A DNA stretch of 64,000 nucleotides from an uncultured Gemmatimonadales bacterium (GTDB lineage: Bacteria > Gemmatimonadota > Gemmatimonadetes > Longimicrobiales > Longimicrobiaceae): positions 5,728,001 to 5,792,000 of the forward strand of contig OY970303.1 in the NCBI GenBank assembly GCA_963716255.1, in the 5' to 3' direction. Under the pieces are notes generated by a model. It did not search any database. It was not told the origin of the DNA and saw only the letters and a program-made list of their open reading frames with translations. Position numbers and translations under genes: made by a program. This document shows, piece after piece, positions 19,745 through 28,752 of this stretch. Numbering within the stretch: position 1 is the stretch's first letter; each line of letters opens with the position of its first letter.

Positions 19745-20368
19745 TTACAAGGCTCCGCTTCCACCGCCGAAGGCGAGCGCGACGGCGTGGTCGCGGACGT
19801 CCTCCGGCCACGCGGCCACCAGGGCGCGGAACCGCTCCCGGTCGTCCGCGAAGAGCGCGCGCGCGGCCTCCTCGAAGCCCGGCAGGTCGCCGGCGAGCGC
19901 CGATGCGAAGCGGTAGGCCGCGTCCCGCGCGGCGCGCCGCCGGTCCGCGTCGGCGCCGCCGCGGCGCGCCTCCTCCACCAGCTTCCGCAGCGCAACGGAA
20001 GCGCCGCCCGGCTGGGCGGCGAGCCATTCCCAGTGGCGCGGCAGCAGCGTCACCTCGCGGGCCACCACGCCCAGCCTGGGCCGCCCCCGCCCACGCGGCG
20101 CGGCCGGGTCCGGCCCGCCGGTCTCCCCGGCCGCGGCCCCGGGCGACAGGCGCGCCACCACCTCCGCCTCGGTCCCGCGCGTGTCCACGTCCACCACGCG
20201 GCCCGTCGCGTCGTCGAAGACCAGGAGCGGGCCGGCCGCTCCGCTCCCGGCAGCGCGCCTGACCGCCAGGGCGACGTCGCGCAGCGGGCCGGCCGCCAGG
20301 CGCCGGTGGCCGTCGAACGCCGTGCAGCGCGCCGGAGCCGGCCGCGCGGCGTCGCTCGCCGGAGGCAT
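19745..20368 (-). CDS. DUF2239 family protein
   Basis: RGRPRLGVVAREVTLLPRHWEWLAAQPGGASVALRKLVE signature. Confidence 0.93.
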   Translation of the reverse strand: MPPASDAARPAPARCTAFDGHRRLAAGPLRDVALAVRRAAGSGAAGPLLVFDDATGRVVDVDTRGTEAEVVARLSPGAAAGETGGPDPAAPRGRGRPRLGVVAREVTLLPRHWEWLAAQPGGASVALRKLVEEARRGGADADRRRAARDAAYRFASALAGDLPGFEEAARALFADDRERFRALVAAWPEDVRDHAVALAFGGGSGAL

Positions 20369-20376
20369 CGCGCGCC

Positions 20377-20739
20377 TCAGTTGCGGGGCCGCGGGCGCGG
20401 CGTGTAGCCGCGCTCGCCGAACGGCTCCAGCCGCTCCAGCCAGAGCGCCTCCAGCACGCGCAGGTCGCCCGACGGGTCGTAGTCGCTCCGCTCCGGCGGC
20501 TCGAGCGTGTCCAGCACCTCGAAGGCGAACGCGTCGGGCCCCAGCGCGTTCCAGTCGCGCTGCAGCTCCGCGTTCCGGTGCACGCCAAGCCGGAGCTGCG
20601 CGAGCTGCCGGTTCAGGATTGCCGGCAGGTCCACGGACCGACCGATGAGCGACCGGCCGTCGGTGGTGTTGCGCACCCGGTAGACGCCCATGGGGCGGGG
20701 GGTGTCCCTGTACGCTCGGGTCAGCTCTCTGCGGTTCAT
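20377..20739 (-). CDS. GIY-YIG nuclease-superfamily protein
   Basis: MGVYRVRN...IG.S...H.N.ELQ.DW...G..AF.FEVL...L..LE. Confidence 0.85.
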   Translation of the reverse strand: MNRRELTRAYRDTPRPMGVYRVRNTTDGRSLIGRSVDLPAILNRQLAQLRLGVHRNAELQRDWNALGPDAFAFEVLDTLEPPERSDYDPSGDLRVLEALWLERLEPFGERGYTPRPRPRN

Positions 20740-20765
20740 CGCGGGCTCCGGTTCGGGTCGGCGCA

Positions 20766-20820
20766 AATTATACCCGGGCGAAACTAGCGCGTCAATATCA
20801 CCCGGGTAAAATTACACCCG
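20766..20820. promoter_or_regulatory. Tandem ACCCGGG(T)-centred palindromic sites upstream of the GIY-YIG/DUF2239 operon
   Basis: AATTATACCCGGGCGAAA, AATATCACCCGGGTAAAATT and a half-site ATTACACCCG in an AT-rich patch. Confidence 0.6.
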
Positions 20821-20921
20821 CTCCACGGACCCGCGGGCGCAGCGGCCGGGCCGCCCGTCCCGGCGACGCCGGCCGGGCCTTTCGCATGCCGCGCCCGGAC
20901 CCGCCGTTCGATTCGTCGAGA

Positions 20922-21707
20922 TCACCGTTCGCCCCGGACACGCAGCTCGGTGGCCAGGGCGCGGCGCAGACGCCCCGTCTCTCCGCGCAGCCGCCGGAGG
21001 TGCGTGATGCGGTTGAGGTTGGCGACCTGCATGGCAAAGAACACCGCCTGCGCGTCCGGATCGCTCCGCAGCCCGGCGAAGTCGACGTCCCGGAGCCGCG
21101 GCGAGGAATCGTCGAACACCATTCCGCGCAGAAAGGGCATGGGGCGGGCGATCCGGTCGGGCTCGCCCGCGGACTGCTCCAGGAACAGCCTGAGCATGGC
21201 CTGCTCGTGCTCCAGGGAGGCCGCGTAGGAAACGAGCAGGGCGCGCAGGCTGTCGCTGCGGATGAGGCGGAGGTCGCCCGCCATCAGCAGGGCGCCGTAG
21301 CTGCCGGTGAGCGGCTGGAAGTCGGAGGACGCGAACGCTTCGCCGCGGAACCGGGCCGCCAGCGTGTCCGGCGCGGGGAGCGGCGCGCTCCCGAACAGCG
21401 TGCCGGCGAGGCGGCCCAGCGAGGCCCCGGCCATGCTGTCGACCGCGACCGCCGCGTCCAGCCTGCGCTCGTTCTCGCGCGTGTCCTCGAAGAGCTGGCG
21501 CAGGTAGTCCTGCTCGCGCCGGCGCTCCTCGCTCGCCTGCCACCACGACTGCGCCGCGAGCGCGCAGAGCACGCCGGCCACGATGATCGCGAACTCCCGC
21601 AGCGCCGCCCGCCATCCCCTCGCGAGGCGCTCCCAGCGCGCGGAGCCACGGGGACCCGGCGCCGCCTCTTCTCCCCCGGGCGCTTCCGGAACGGCCGATG
21701 GCTCCAT
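20922..21707 (-). CDS. Membrane-anchored helical protein (DUF6090-like)
   Basis: EFAIIVAGVLCALAAQSWW..SEERRRE..YL pattern; G.L.LI....LR..L..Y. Confidence 0.7.
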   Translation of the reverse strand: MEPSAVPEAPGGEEAAPGPRGSARWERLARGWRAALREFAIIVAGVLCALAAQSWWQASEERRREQDYLRQLFEDTRENERRLDAAVAVDSMAGASLGRLAGTLFGSAPLPAPDTLAARFRGEAFASSDFQPLTGSYGALLMAGDLRLIRSDSLRALLVSYAASLEHEQAMLRLFLEQSAGEPDRIARPMPFLRGMVFDDSSPRLRDVDFAGLRSDPDAQAVFFAMQVANLNRITHLRRLRGETGRLRRALATELRVRGER

Positions 21708-21766
21708 GGGTCGACGGGGTCGGGGCGAAGGGGCGGGGCAGCGGGGGAGAGCCGGCTCCTCGGGGG

Positions 21767-22036
21767 CTACCGGTCCTTCTGGCGCTCGTCGAGCAGCGAA
21801 TCCGTGAACGTCACCTTTTCCTCCGTGCGCGCAAGCTTCGCCTCCAGCTCCTCCAGCCGCCGCCGCGCGGCGTCGAACTCCGCCGACAGCTGCGGGGTGG
21901 CCGCCGGAGTCGCGGGGCGGTCCGCGCCCGCCCCGCGCGTCTGGGAGCGGATGAGCAGCACGACCACCGCGACGGGGATGCCGACGAGGACCGCGAGGAT
22001 GAGGACGGTTCCGACGATGCCGAGACCGAAGGGCAT
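21767..22036 (-). CDS. Small TM plus coiled-coil protein
   Basis: Hydrophobic N-terminus, then RRLEELEAKLARTEEKVTF coiled coil. Confidence 0.65.
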   Translation of the reverse strand: MPFGLGIVGTVLILAVLVGIPVAVVVLLIRSQTRGAGADRPATPAATPQLSAEFDAARRRLEELEAKLARTEEKVTFTDSLLDERQKDR

Positions 22037-22166
22037 GGGATGCAGCTCCAGGTGATGGATTACGGTCGGGCGAGGGCGCGAGCGCACCGCCCCGGATGCA
22101 TTCCGGCTCCGCGGCGAGCCCGCGGATCTCCAGTACACACCGGCGGCGGCGCGGGTTTCCGGGACG

Positions 22167-22796
22167 CTACCTGAACAGGCTCGACAGCCGGCTCCGGATC
22201 CCGCCCTTCTCGTAGGTGCCCATCAGCTCCGCCTGCGCGAGGACGTGGCCCAGCATCGCCCTCTCGAGCTCCGCCTTGGTGGGGGATTCCAGCGAAGGCA
22301 GCACCGTGTCGAGCGCGTACAGCTTGTGGAAGTAGCGGTGCCGGCCCACCGGAGGGCACGGCCCCCCGTAGCTGGCACGTTGCCAGTCGTTCAGCCCCTG
22401 CCGGGTCCCCGGAGGCAGCGCCCCGCCGCCGGCACCCTCCGGCAGGCTCGTGGCGGTGACGGGGAGGTCGTAGAGCACCCAGTGGACCCAGGTCGTCCTG
22501 GGGTTCCGCGGGTCGGGCGCGTCGGGATCGTCCACGATCAGCGCCAGGCTCCGCGCGCCGTCGGGCACCCCGCTCCACGCCAGCGGTGGCGAGACGTCCT
22601 TTCCCTCGCAGGTATGCCGGGGCGGGATGGAGCCGCCCGGCTGGAAGGCGGCGGAGGTGAGCGTCAGGGCCATGGAGTCCTCCCGGGGTCCGGGGCGAGA
22701 ATCCGCGCAGCCCGACAGCGCGAGCAGGAGCAGCGCGCCGGCGGCCGTCCCCCTACGATACGCGGATCCCCGCTCTTCCGACACCTCCGCGCTCAC
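22167..22796 (-). CDS. YbhB/YbcL (PEBP/Raf kinase inhibitor-like) protein, possibly a lipoprotein
   Basis: SPPLAWS, DDPDAP, WVHWV, YGGPCPP.GRHRY; GTG at 22796 gives an LSGC lipobox (alternative ATG at 22673). Confidence 0.9.
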   Translation of the reverse strand: MSAEVSEERGSAYRRGTAAGALLLLALSGCADSRPGPREDSMALTLTSAAFQPGGSIPPRHTCEGKDVSPPLAWSGVPDGARSLALIVDDPDAPDPRNPRTTWVHWVLYDLPVTATSLPEGAGGGALPPGTRQGLNDWQRASYGGPCPPVGRHRYFHKLYALDTVLPSLESPTKAELERAMLGHVLAQAELMGTYEKGGIRSRLSSLFR

Positions 22797-23332
22797 GGGT
22801 GGCTCCCTCCCCCGGGGCGCTTCCCCTTGCGCGTGGCGAAGGTGCGGCGCGCGGGATCCCACACGAACGGTCGCCACTCGCCCGCGCGCGAGCGGAAGAC
22901 CAGCGCCTCGTACGTGGGCTTCTTCCGCAGCGAGAACACCAGGTAGAAGTACCGGTGGTCCCGCTCCAGCACGAAGGTGAGCGGGTGGCCCCCTTCCTCG
23001 TGGCACAGGACGTGGCGCACCGCGAAGCGGGCCGCGCCCGTCGGCGGAAGGTCCGGGTAGTCGAAGTAGCCGCGCGTGCGCATGGAGCGCCGCGCGAACA
23101 GGAACCCCTCCGAAGCGCCGGCAACCTGCACGCTGTCCGCCCGCTCGACGCCGGCGCCGCACTCGATCCAGCGGCTGGGCGCGAAGTGTGGCGTTTCCGG
23201 ACCCACCGAGTCGGCCTCGGCGACCAGCCGGTACCAGGGATCCGCCTGCGCCGGGGCGGCGGCGGCGTCCAGCGCCAGGAACAGGGCGGCGGCTCCGAGC
23301 CCCACGGGCCGGAGGTGAATGTGTCGTGTCAT
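22793..23332 (-). CDS. Hypothetical secreted protein
   Basis: Signal-peptide-like N-terminus ending AQA; stop overlaps the next start. Confidence 0.6.
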   Translation of the reverse strand: MTRHIHLRPVGLGAAALFLALDAAAAPAQADPWYRLVAEADSVGPETPHFAPSRWIECGAGVERADSVQVAGASEGFLFARRSMRTRGYFDYPDLPPTGAARFAVRHVLCHEEGGHPLTFVLERDHRYFYLVFSLRKKPTYEALVFRSRAGEWRPFVWDPARRTFATRKGKRPGGGSHP

Positions 23333-23630
23333 GGAAGAGCCGGCGTGAGGACGGGGGACCCGCCTGCAGGTAGCACCCGCGCGGACCCCCCGGCAAGATC
23401 CGCCGGCCCGGCCAACCGGCAAAAACGGGCACCTCCCCCACGGCACAATCTGCCGCACAGCGCCTTTTGCCGTCCGCGGAAAATCCTTCCTGAAATCCAT
23501 AAATAGCTGGTGTGCTTACGGTTGGAGAGTGGAGGGCGGGCGTGCCCCGCGCGGTATGCGGCCTGCCTTTACATGGGCCTGCAAACCACGCGGCCCCCGC
23601 CCCAACATCCCTCCACCGGAGATCGGAACC

Positions 23631-24398
23631 ATGACCACGACGAAGGCGCTCAGGAACACTCGGGTGAGTGGAGACCTCGTCGAGCGCGAGCGGCTCCTCA
23701 CCGAGCACCTGGGCCTGGTGCACCACGTGGCCCGGCAGGTGTCCCGCACCCTCACGGTGGACGTGGACTTCGACGAGCTGGTATCGGCGGGGACCATGGG
23801 GCTGATGAACGCCCTGGACAACTTCGACGCCTCGCGCGGGCTGGCGTTCAGCACCTTCGCCGCGCCGCGCATCCGAGGCTCCATCCTGGACGAGCTGCGG
23901 CGGCAGGACCACGTGTCCCGCTCCGTGCGCCGCAAGACGCGCGAGATCGGCGCCGCGCGCGAGTCGCTCATGCGCGTCCTGAAGCGCGCCCCCGAGGACC
24001 GCGAGGTGGCGGAGCACATGGGCGTGGACGTGGAGACGTTCTGGCGCTGGAGCAGCGAAGTGGAGGGCACCGTGCACGTGCCGCTGGACGAGCGCTCCGG
24101 CGGCGACGACCGCGAGGGGCGCGCGCTCGCCCCGGCCGAATTCCTCGCCGGGGAAACGCACCGCGATATCGAGGACCGGCTGAACCTGGGCGAGGAGGTG
24201 GAGATCCTGCGCGACGCCATCCTGCGCCTCAAGGAGCAGGAGCGCATCGTCCTCACCCTGTACTACTACGAGGAGCTCAAGCTGCACGAGATCGCCGCCA
24301 TCCTGGAGCTGACCGAGTCGCGCGTGTCGCAGGTGCGCTCCAAGGCGCTCGCCCGCCTGCGCGCCGAGATGGCGCCGCTGCGGGAAATGGTGGCGTGA
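23631..24398 (+). CDS. fliA: FliA/WhiG-family (sigma-28) RNA polymerase sigma factor
   Basis: DELVSAG.MGL, F.TFA.PRIRGSILDELR, LYYYEEL.L.EI..IL.LTESRVSQ. Confidence 0.93.
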   Translation: MTTTKALRNTRVSGDLVERERLLTEHLGLVHHVARQVSRTLTVDVDFDELVSAGTMGLMNALDNFDASRGLAFSTFAAPRIRGSILDELRRQDHVSRSVRRKTREIGAARESLMRVLKRAPEDREVAEHMGVDVETFWRWSSEVEGTVHVPLDERSGGDDREGRALAPAEFLAGETHRDIEDRLNLGEEVEILRDAILRLKEQERIVLTLYYYEELKLHEIAAILELTESRVSQVRSKALARLRAEMAPLREMVA

Positions 24399-24571
24399 TG
24401 GCGGGAATGCGCACGGTGGTGCTGGACGCGCTGCCGCGCCTGGGCGGCGAGGCCGTGCCGGTGCCGCTCGTGGCGATGGCCGCGGTGCTGGTGGCGTCGC
24501 TGCTGGTGGGGTTCTACCTGTCTCGTGCTGTGGTCGACGCTCCGGAGGGCGGGGAACGGGCTTCGGGCTGA
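24398..24571 (+). CDS. Small single-TM protein translationally coupled to fliA
   Basis: TGATG stop/start overlap; hydrophobic VPLVAMAAVLVASLLVGFYL segment. Confidence 0.55.
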   Translation: MAGMRTVVLDALPRLGGEAVPVPLVAMAAVLVASLLVGFYLSRAVVDAPEGGERASG

Positions 24572-24588
24572 TTCGGCGGGGCCGCTCC

Positions 24589-24705
24589 GGAGCCGGACGA
24601 TACTGCCGTCCGTCTCCTGCGCGGGCTCCGGGAGCCTCGCCAAACAGCCGGCGAGTCTCCCTGCGCCGGAGGGAGCCAGCCGAAACTGCCCGGCTGTCTC
24701 CCTCC
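24589..24705 (-). repeat. Array of three hairpins matching the central arm of the family-1 element
   Basis: On the minus strand each reads GAG-A-N6-(G)GCWGTWT-N6'-G-CTC with a different 6-bp stem. Confidence 0.8.
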
Positions 24706-24743
24706 GCAACGGATCATGGGGGTACTGCGGAACTGCAACGGCG

Positions 24744-24777
24744 AAAAGCCCCACCCCCGCGCGCGGGGGTGGGGCTT
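24744..24777 (-). terminator. Rho-independent terminator for the minus-strand kinase operon
   Basis: AAGCCCCACCCCCGC/GCGGGGGTGGGGCTT hairpin ending in a short T run on the minus strand. Confidence 0.7.
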
Positions 24778-24822
24778 CGTCGTGGGGCATGCAGTGTCGG
24801 CGTTCCGCCTGGCGGCGGTCGC

Positions 24823-25596
24823 TCAGCCGGCCGCCTGCGGACCCGCCCGCCCGGCCAGCAGCGTGGGCAGGCGCACGACCACTCCCGTCTCCGTAGTCTC
24901 CATCTCCCCGCCGGCCGCGGCGAAGAGCGCCGCCAGCCCCGTGCCCCCCACCTGCGGGCCCACGGCGTCGCCCTCCGGCTCCACGGCGATCGTGACGCGG
25001 CGCTCGTCGCCCGAGCAGCGCACGTCCACCCGCAGGGTGCCCGCCTCGCGCGCCGCGAGCGCCGCGCCGGCCAGCAGCGCCAGCAGGGCGTGCGCCAGGG
25101 CCGTCTCGGGGCAGAGAACCGGGAGCAGGTCGGGTGCCGTCTCCACCGCGAAGTGCACGTCGCGCGCGTCGCGGTGCTGCGCCACCAGGGCGAGCGCGTC
25201 CGGGAGCAGCTCGGACAGCCGCAGCGGGATGGGCTCCTCGCCCGGGCGGCGGGGGATCAGCGCCAGCAGCCGCAGCGTCGCCCCCAGGCGCTCCAGCTCC
25301 TCGCGCAGGGCGCGTCCCGCGTCCAGGCCGCCGGCGCCTTCCGCCCCGGCGAGCTGCACCAGCGCGCTCACGGTGCCCAGGCGGTTGTTGAGCGCGTGGT
25401 GCACCCCCGCCACCAGCCCGTCCGAGGCCGCCAGCCAGGCCTCGCCGGCCTCACCGGCAGCTCCGTCCAGACCGGAGGCTGCTTTTTCCCGGCCGGCGCC
25501 AGGGAAGTCGTCCGGATCTCCACGATGAACGCCTGATCCTTCCCACTTCACGGGAGGATCAGGCGAAAGCGGTGCTCCGTGCTCGGGCTCCATCAT
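24823..25596 (-). CDS. Degenerate histidine-kinase-like protein (HisKA-like H box, eroded ATPase)
   Basis: GVHHALNNRL H-box; N/G boxes poorly conserved; start uncertain. Confidence 0.6.
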   Translation of the reverse strand: MMEPEHGAPLSPDPPVKWEGSGVHRGDPDDFPGAGREKAASGLDGAAGEAGEAWLAASDGLVAGVHHALNNRLGTVSALVQLAGAEGAGGLDAGRALREELERLGATLRLLALIPRRPGEEPIPLRLSELLPDALALVAQHRDARDVHFAVETAPDLLPVLCPETALAHALLALLAGAALAAREAGTLRVDVRCSGDERRVTIAVEPEGDAVGPQVGGTGLAALFAAAGGEMETTETGVVVRLPTLLAGRAGPQAAG

Positions 25597-25600
25597 CCAC

Positions 25601-26185
25601 CTACGCAGCCAGCCAGAGTTCCTTCGCTTCGTCGGTCTTCACGTCGATCTCCTCTTTCGAGAGACCGGTGCGTGAAAGGTGGTCCTGAACGGCCACTTCC
25701 AGCTGTGCTTTCACGGCGGAAGCATCATCCATGATGCTTTCGAGGCGGGCGAGGAGCACAGCCGTCTTCTCTCGGTCCGACCGCGCGTGCTGGCATTCGA
25801 ACCCGCTCCGGTGCACGAGCCAGGCGCGCTCGGCAACCACCCGCCCGAACCTGGCTTCGAACTCTCCAGCCGGCAGGGAAAGAACACGCAGCCCGGCCAC
25901 TGACGATGCGCTCGCGACACCGCTGTCGTCCAGCAGAGAGGCGGCCAGTGCTCCGGCTTGTTCCGGAAGCTGGTATCCGGTGAGCACGAAGTACGAGAAG
26001 AGCGTGGCTTCGAGACACTGGACCTCGATCAAGGTATTGCTGATCCACGCCTGCACGTCCTGAACCGCGGAGCGCCGCAGGAGCTCCCCGCGCTCACGCA
26101 CGGTCAGCCGCCCCGCATGCCTTCCGCGTACCGCGCGCGAGAAATCATATTCGTCGCGCATCTCGGCATCACCTTCCCTCTTCAT
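25601..26185 (-). CDS. BrnA-like antitoxin N-terminus with a long C-terminal helical extension
   Basis: EMRDEYDFSRAVRG antitoxin-type motif; overlaps the brnT stop. Confidence 0.65.
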   Translation of the reverse strand: MKREGDAEMRDEYDFSRAVRGRHAGRLTVRERGELLRRSAVQDVQAWISNTLIEVQCLEATLFSYFVLTGYQLPEQAGALAASLLDDSGVASASSVAGLRVLSLPAGEFEARFGRVVAERAWLVHRSGFECQHARSDREKTAVLLARLESIMDDASAVKAQLEVAVQDHLSRTGLSKEEIDVKTDEAKELWLAA

Positions 26186-26456
26186 ACGACTCCCTTTCGC
26201 GCCGGGCCGCTTCGCGAGCGCTGATGATGCGGATGGAATCCCCTCGCTCGGTGAAAACCACGACCAGAATCCGTCCGCGGTACGATCGGCCCATCAGGAT
26301 GAAGCGCTGCTCGGCCCAGGAATGGTCCAGATCCGGAATCTCACTCGCATGGACGTCGGCAAAGACCGACTCTGCTTCCGCGAACGAGACCCGGTGTTTT
26401 GCCAGGTTCCCGTCCGCCTTGTCGGGATCCCATTCGAACAGGAGTGCCATCTTCAA
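26169..26456 (-). CDS. brnT: BrnT family toxin (DUF497)
   Basis: FEWD..K...N..KH.VSF.EA..VF...E.R...G....ILVVVFTER...IRIISAR.A...ER..YE. Confidence 0.93.
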   Translation of the reverse strand: MKMALLFEWDPDKADGNLAKHRVSFAEAESVFADVHASEIPDLDHSWAEQRFILMGRSYRGRILVVVFTERGDSIRIISAREAARRERESYEEGR

Positions 26457-26707
26457 GATACGGAGGACAGCCGTCCAGGAGTATAACCAGTTTTACTCCG
26501 TTGAACGACAGGAGGCGTGAAACGAGTCGGCGGGATCAGGGAGACAAGACCACCTGGCGGAAAGCGCGATGTGCGATGCGCGGCGTGGATCGTTGCCTCA
26601 CCGCATGTGCCATCACCCGACGAAGCACGTATGTGGAGAACTCTGCGAGGTCTGCCGAAGGGAAGCGAAGATTCTGTGCCGAGTCACACGATTCATAGTG
26701 GAGCGCG

Positions 26708-28231
26708 TCAACCTCCCAGCTTCTCCACCAGCTTCGCCATCTCGTCCAGGTCGAACGGCTTGGTCAGGCAGGGGCGGCCGGTGGTGATCCCCTGGCTGGT
26801 GCGCGACCGCCCGATGTCGCCCGTCATCAGCGCGGTCCTCCCGCGCAGCGCCGGCGTCGCCTCCAGCTTCTCCAGCAGCTCCAGCCCGTCCCCCGGCATG
26901 CGCGCGTCCACCAGCGCCACGTCGAAGTCCCGCTCCGCGGCAAGGCGCACCGCCTCGTAGGCGTCGGCCGCCTGCGTCACCTCGTGGCCGCGGCGTGTTA
27001 GGAACAGGGAGATCGCCATGCGCAGGTTGGGCTCGTCGTCGGCCACCAGCACCTGGAGCCGCCGCTGCGGCTCCACCGCGGGGCGGCGCGCCACCCGCGG
27101 GCGCGGGGAGGGGGGCGCCCCGGCGCGGGGGAGCTGCAGGAAGAAGGCGGTGCCGCGGCCCTCGTCGCTTTCCGCCCACAGCTGGCCGCCGTGGTCGCGG
27201 ACGATCCCGGCCGAGATCCCCAGTCCCAGCCCCGTCCCCGCCGGCTTGGTCGTGTGGTACGGGTCGAAGATGTGCTCCAGGCGCTCGCGGGGGATGCCCG
27301 GCCCGTTGTCCACCACCGACAGCACCACCCCCTCCGACGACTCGCGGGTGCGGACGATCAGCAGGCGCGGGCCCGCGCGGGAGGCGAGCGCCTGCTCCGC
27401 GTTGACCACCAGGTTGAGGATCACCTGGTGGAGCGCCCCCGCCTCGCCCATGACCGGAGAGAGCGCCGTGTCGAAGTCGCGGCGCACCTCGATCCCCGCC
27501 GTCTCCAGCGCGTAGCGGTGGATGCTGAGCACCCGCTCGGAGACGGCGCTCAGGTTCACCGGCTCGCGTCCGCCCGCGCCCTGCTGCCGCGCGAAGCTGA
27601 GCAGGTCGCCCACGATCCCGGCGATGCGCGTGCTTTCCCCGATGATGATCTCCAGCGCCTCCCGCTGCGCCGAGCCGCCCGCCTCGCGCGCCAGCAGCTG
27701 GGCGAAGCTCTTGATGGAGGCGAGCGGGTTGTTGACCTCGTGCGCCACCCCGGCCGCGAGCTCCCCCACCGAGGCGAGCCGCTCCGCCTGGCGGCGCCGC
27801 TCGCGCTCGGCCACGAGCTCGCTGCGGTCCTCCACCACGACCACCCCCCAGGGCTCGCCGGCCCAGCGGCGGGAGCGGATCACAAGCCGGACGACGCGCT
27901 GCCCGCGCGCCCCGGGGAGGCGGGCCTCCGTTTCCAGCGCCATCCCCTCCGCCACCCGCGAGCGGAAGAGCTCGCCCACGCCATCGCCCTCCAGCACGGG
28001 GGCCAGCTCGCGGAAGAAGTCGCGGCCCAGGGTATCCGCCGCGCCGCGCCCGGAGAGCAGCACCTCGGAGGCGTTGACGTGGCGCACGACGCCGCGCGCG
28101 TCCAGCACCAGGACGCCCGCGGGGAGCTCGTCCACCAGCTCGCGGAGCCAGTCCAGGGCGTCGGAGATGTCGGGGACCACGGGGACGGAGATGGAAGCGG
28201 CGGAAGAGGGAGTCATGACGCGGGGAGTCAT
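26708..28231 (-). CDS. Hybrid sensor histidine kinase (PAS-HisKA-HATPase-REC)
   Basis: AHEVNNPL, NLVVNA, DNGPG, GTGLGL, VADDE...DARMP...KPF. Confidence 0.95.
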   Translation of the reverse strand: MTPRVMTPSSAASISVPVVPDISDALDWLRELVDELPAGVLVLDARGVVRHVNASEVLLSGRGAADTLGRDFFRELAPVLEGDGVGELFRSRVAEGMALETEARLPGARGQRVVRLVIRSRRWAGEPWGVVVVEDRSELVAERERRRQAERLASVGELAAGVAHEVNNPLASIKSFAQLLAREAGGSAQREALEIIIGESTRIAGIVGDLLSFARQQGAGGREPVNLSAVSERVLSIHRYALETAGIEVRRDFDTALSPVMGEAGALHQVILNLVVNAEQALASRAGPRLLIVRTRESSEGVVLSVVDNGPGIPRERLEHIFDPYHTTKPAGTGLGLGISAGIVRDHGGQLWAESDEGRGTAFFLQLPRAGAPPSPRPRVARRPAVEPQRRLQVLVADDEPNLRMAISLFLTRRGHEVTQAADAYEAVRLAAERDFDVALVDARMPGDGLELLEKLEATPALRGRTALMTGDIGRSRTSQGITTGRPCLTKPFDLDEMAKLVEKLGG

Positions 28232-28488
28232 GGAGAGCAATGAGGGCGCGGAGTGGACGAAATTATCACCGGCTCCGCTTTCCCGCAACGCATGCGCGCT
28301 ATACGCACGCTCTCAAAAGGACATCGGTCAGGAGGGCCGGGCGCCACGTCGTGCTGCGGGCACCGGGCTCTCCTGGCGGAACCCCGCCCCGCGCTCTACC
28401 ATAGGAAACGGCGCGCGCCGGACGGCCGCCGTGCCGCGCTCCCCACGATCCGTCCGTGCCTGCCGCAACTCCCTCCCGGAGACACCCC

Positions 28489-28752
28489 ATGCCCGTAGAC
28501 GTCACCGGCCTCGTCGCCACCATCGGCGGTCTCCTGATCGTCCTCATCCCCGTCGCGGGGCTCACGGCCCGCTTCGCCCTGAAGCCCATCGTGGAGGCCA
28601 TCTTCAAGGCGCGGGAGAGCCCTCGCGAGACGGCCATCCTGGAGAAGCGCGTGGCCCTCCTGGAGCAGCAGATTCGCAACATGGAGGGAAGCATGGAGCG
28701 CCTGGTGGAGGACTCCGAGTTCCGGCGGCAGCTCGAAGCGCCCCACGGCTGA
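28489..28752 (+). CDS. Small TM plus coiled-coil protein
   Basis: GGAGA RBS; TM then LEKRVALLEQQI coiled coil. Confidence 0.7.
   Translation: MPVDVTGLVATIGGLLIVLIPVAGLTARFALKPIVEAIFKARESPRETAILEKRVALLEQQIRNMEGSMERLVEDSEFRRQLEAPHG

Noticed and set aside
20377..20739. GIY-YIG protein as the mobiliser of the repeats
   Set aside because: It is not flanked by repeat copies and sits in the DUF2239 operon context; no supporting evidence.
23340..23630. c-di-GMP riboswitch or sigma-28 promoter upstream of fliA
   Set aside because: No convincing match to the GEMM consensus or to TAAA-N15-GCCGATAA by eye.
22167..24287. 706-aa ORF apparently fusing PEBP to a long N-terminus
   Set aside because: The upstream part is antisense to fliA and overlaps another gene.
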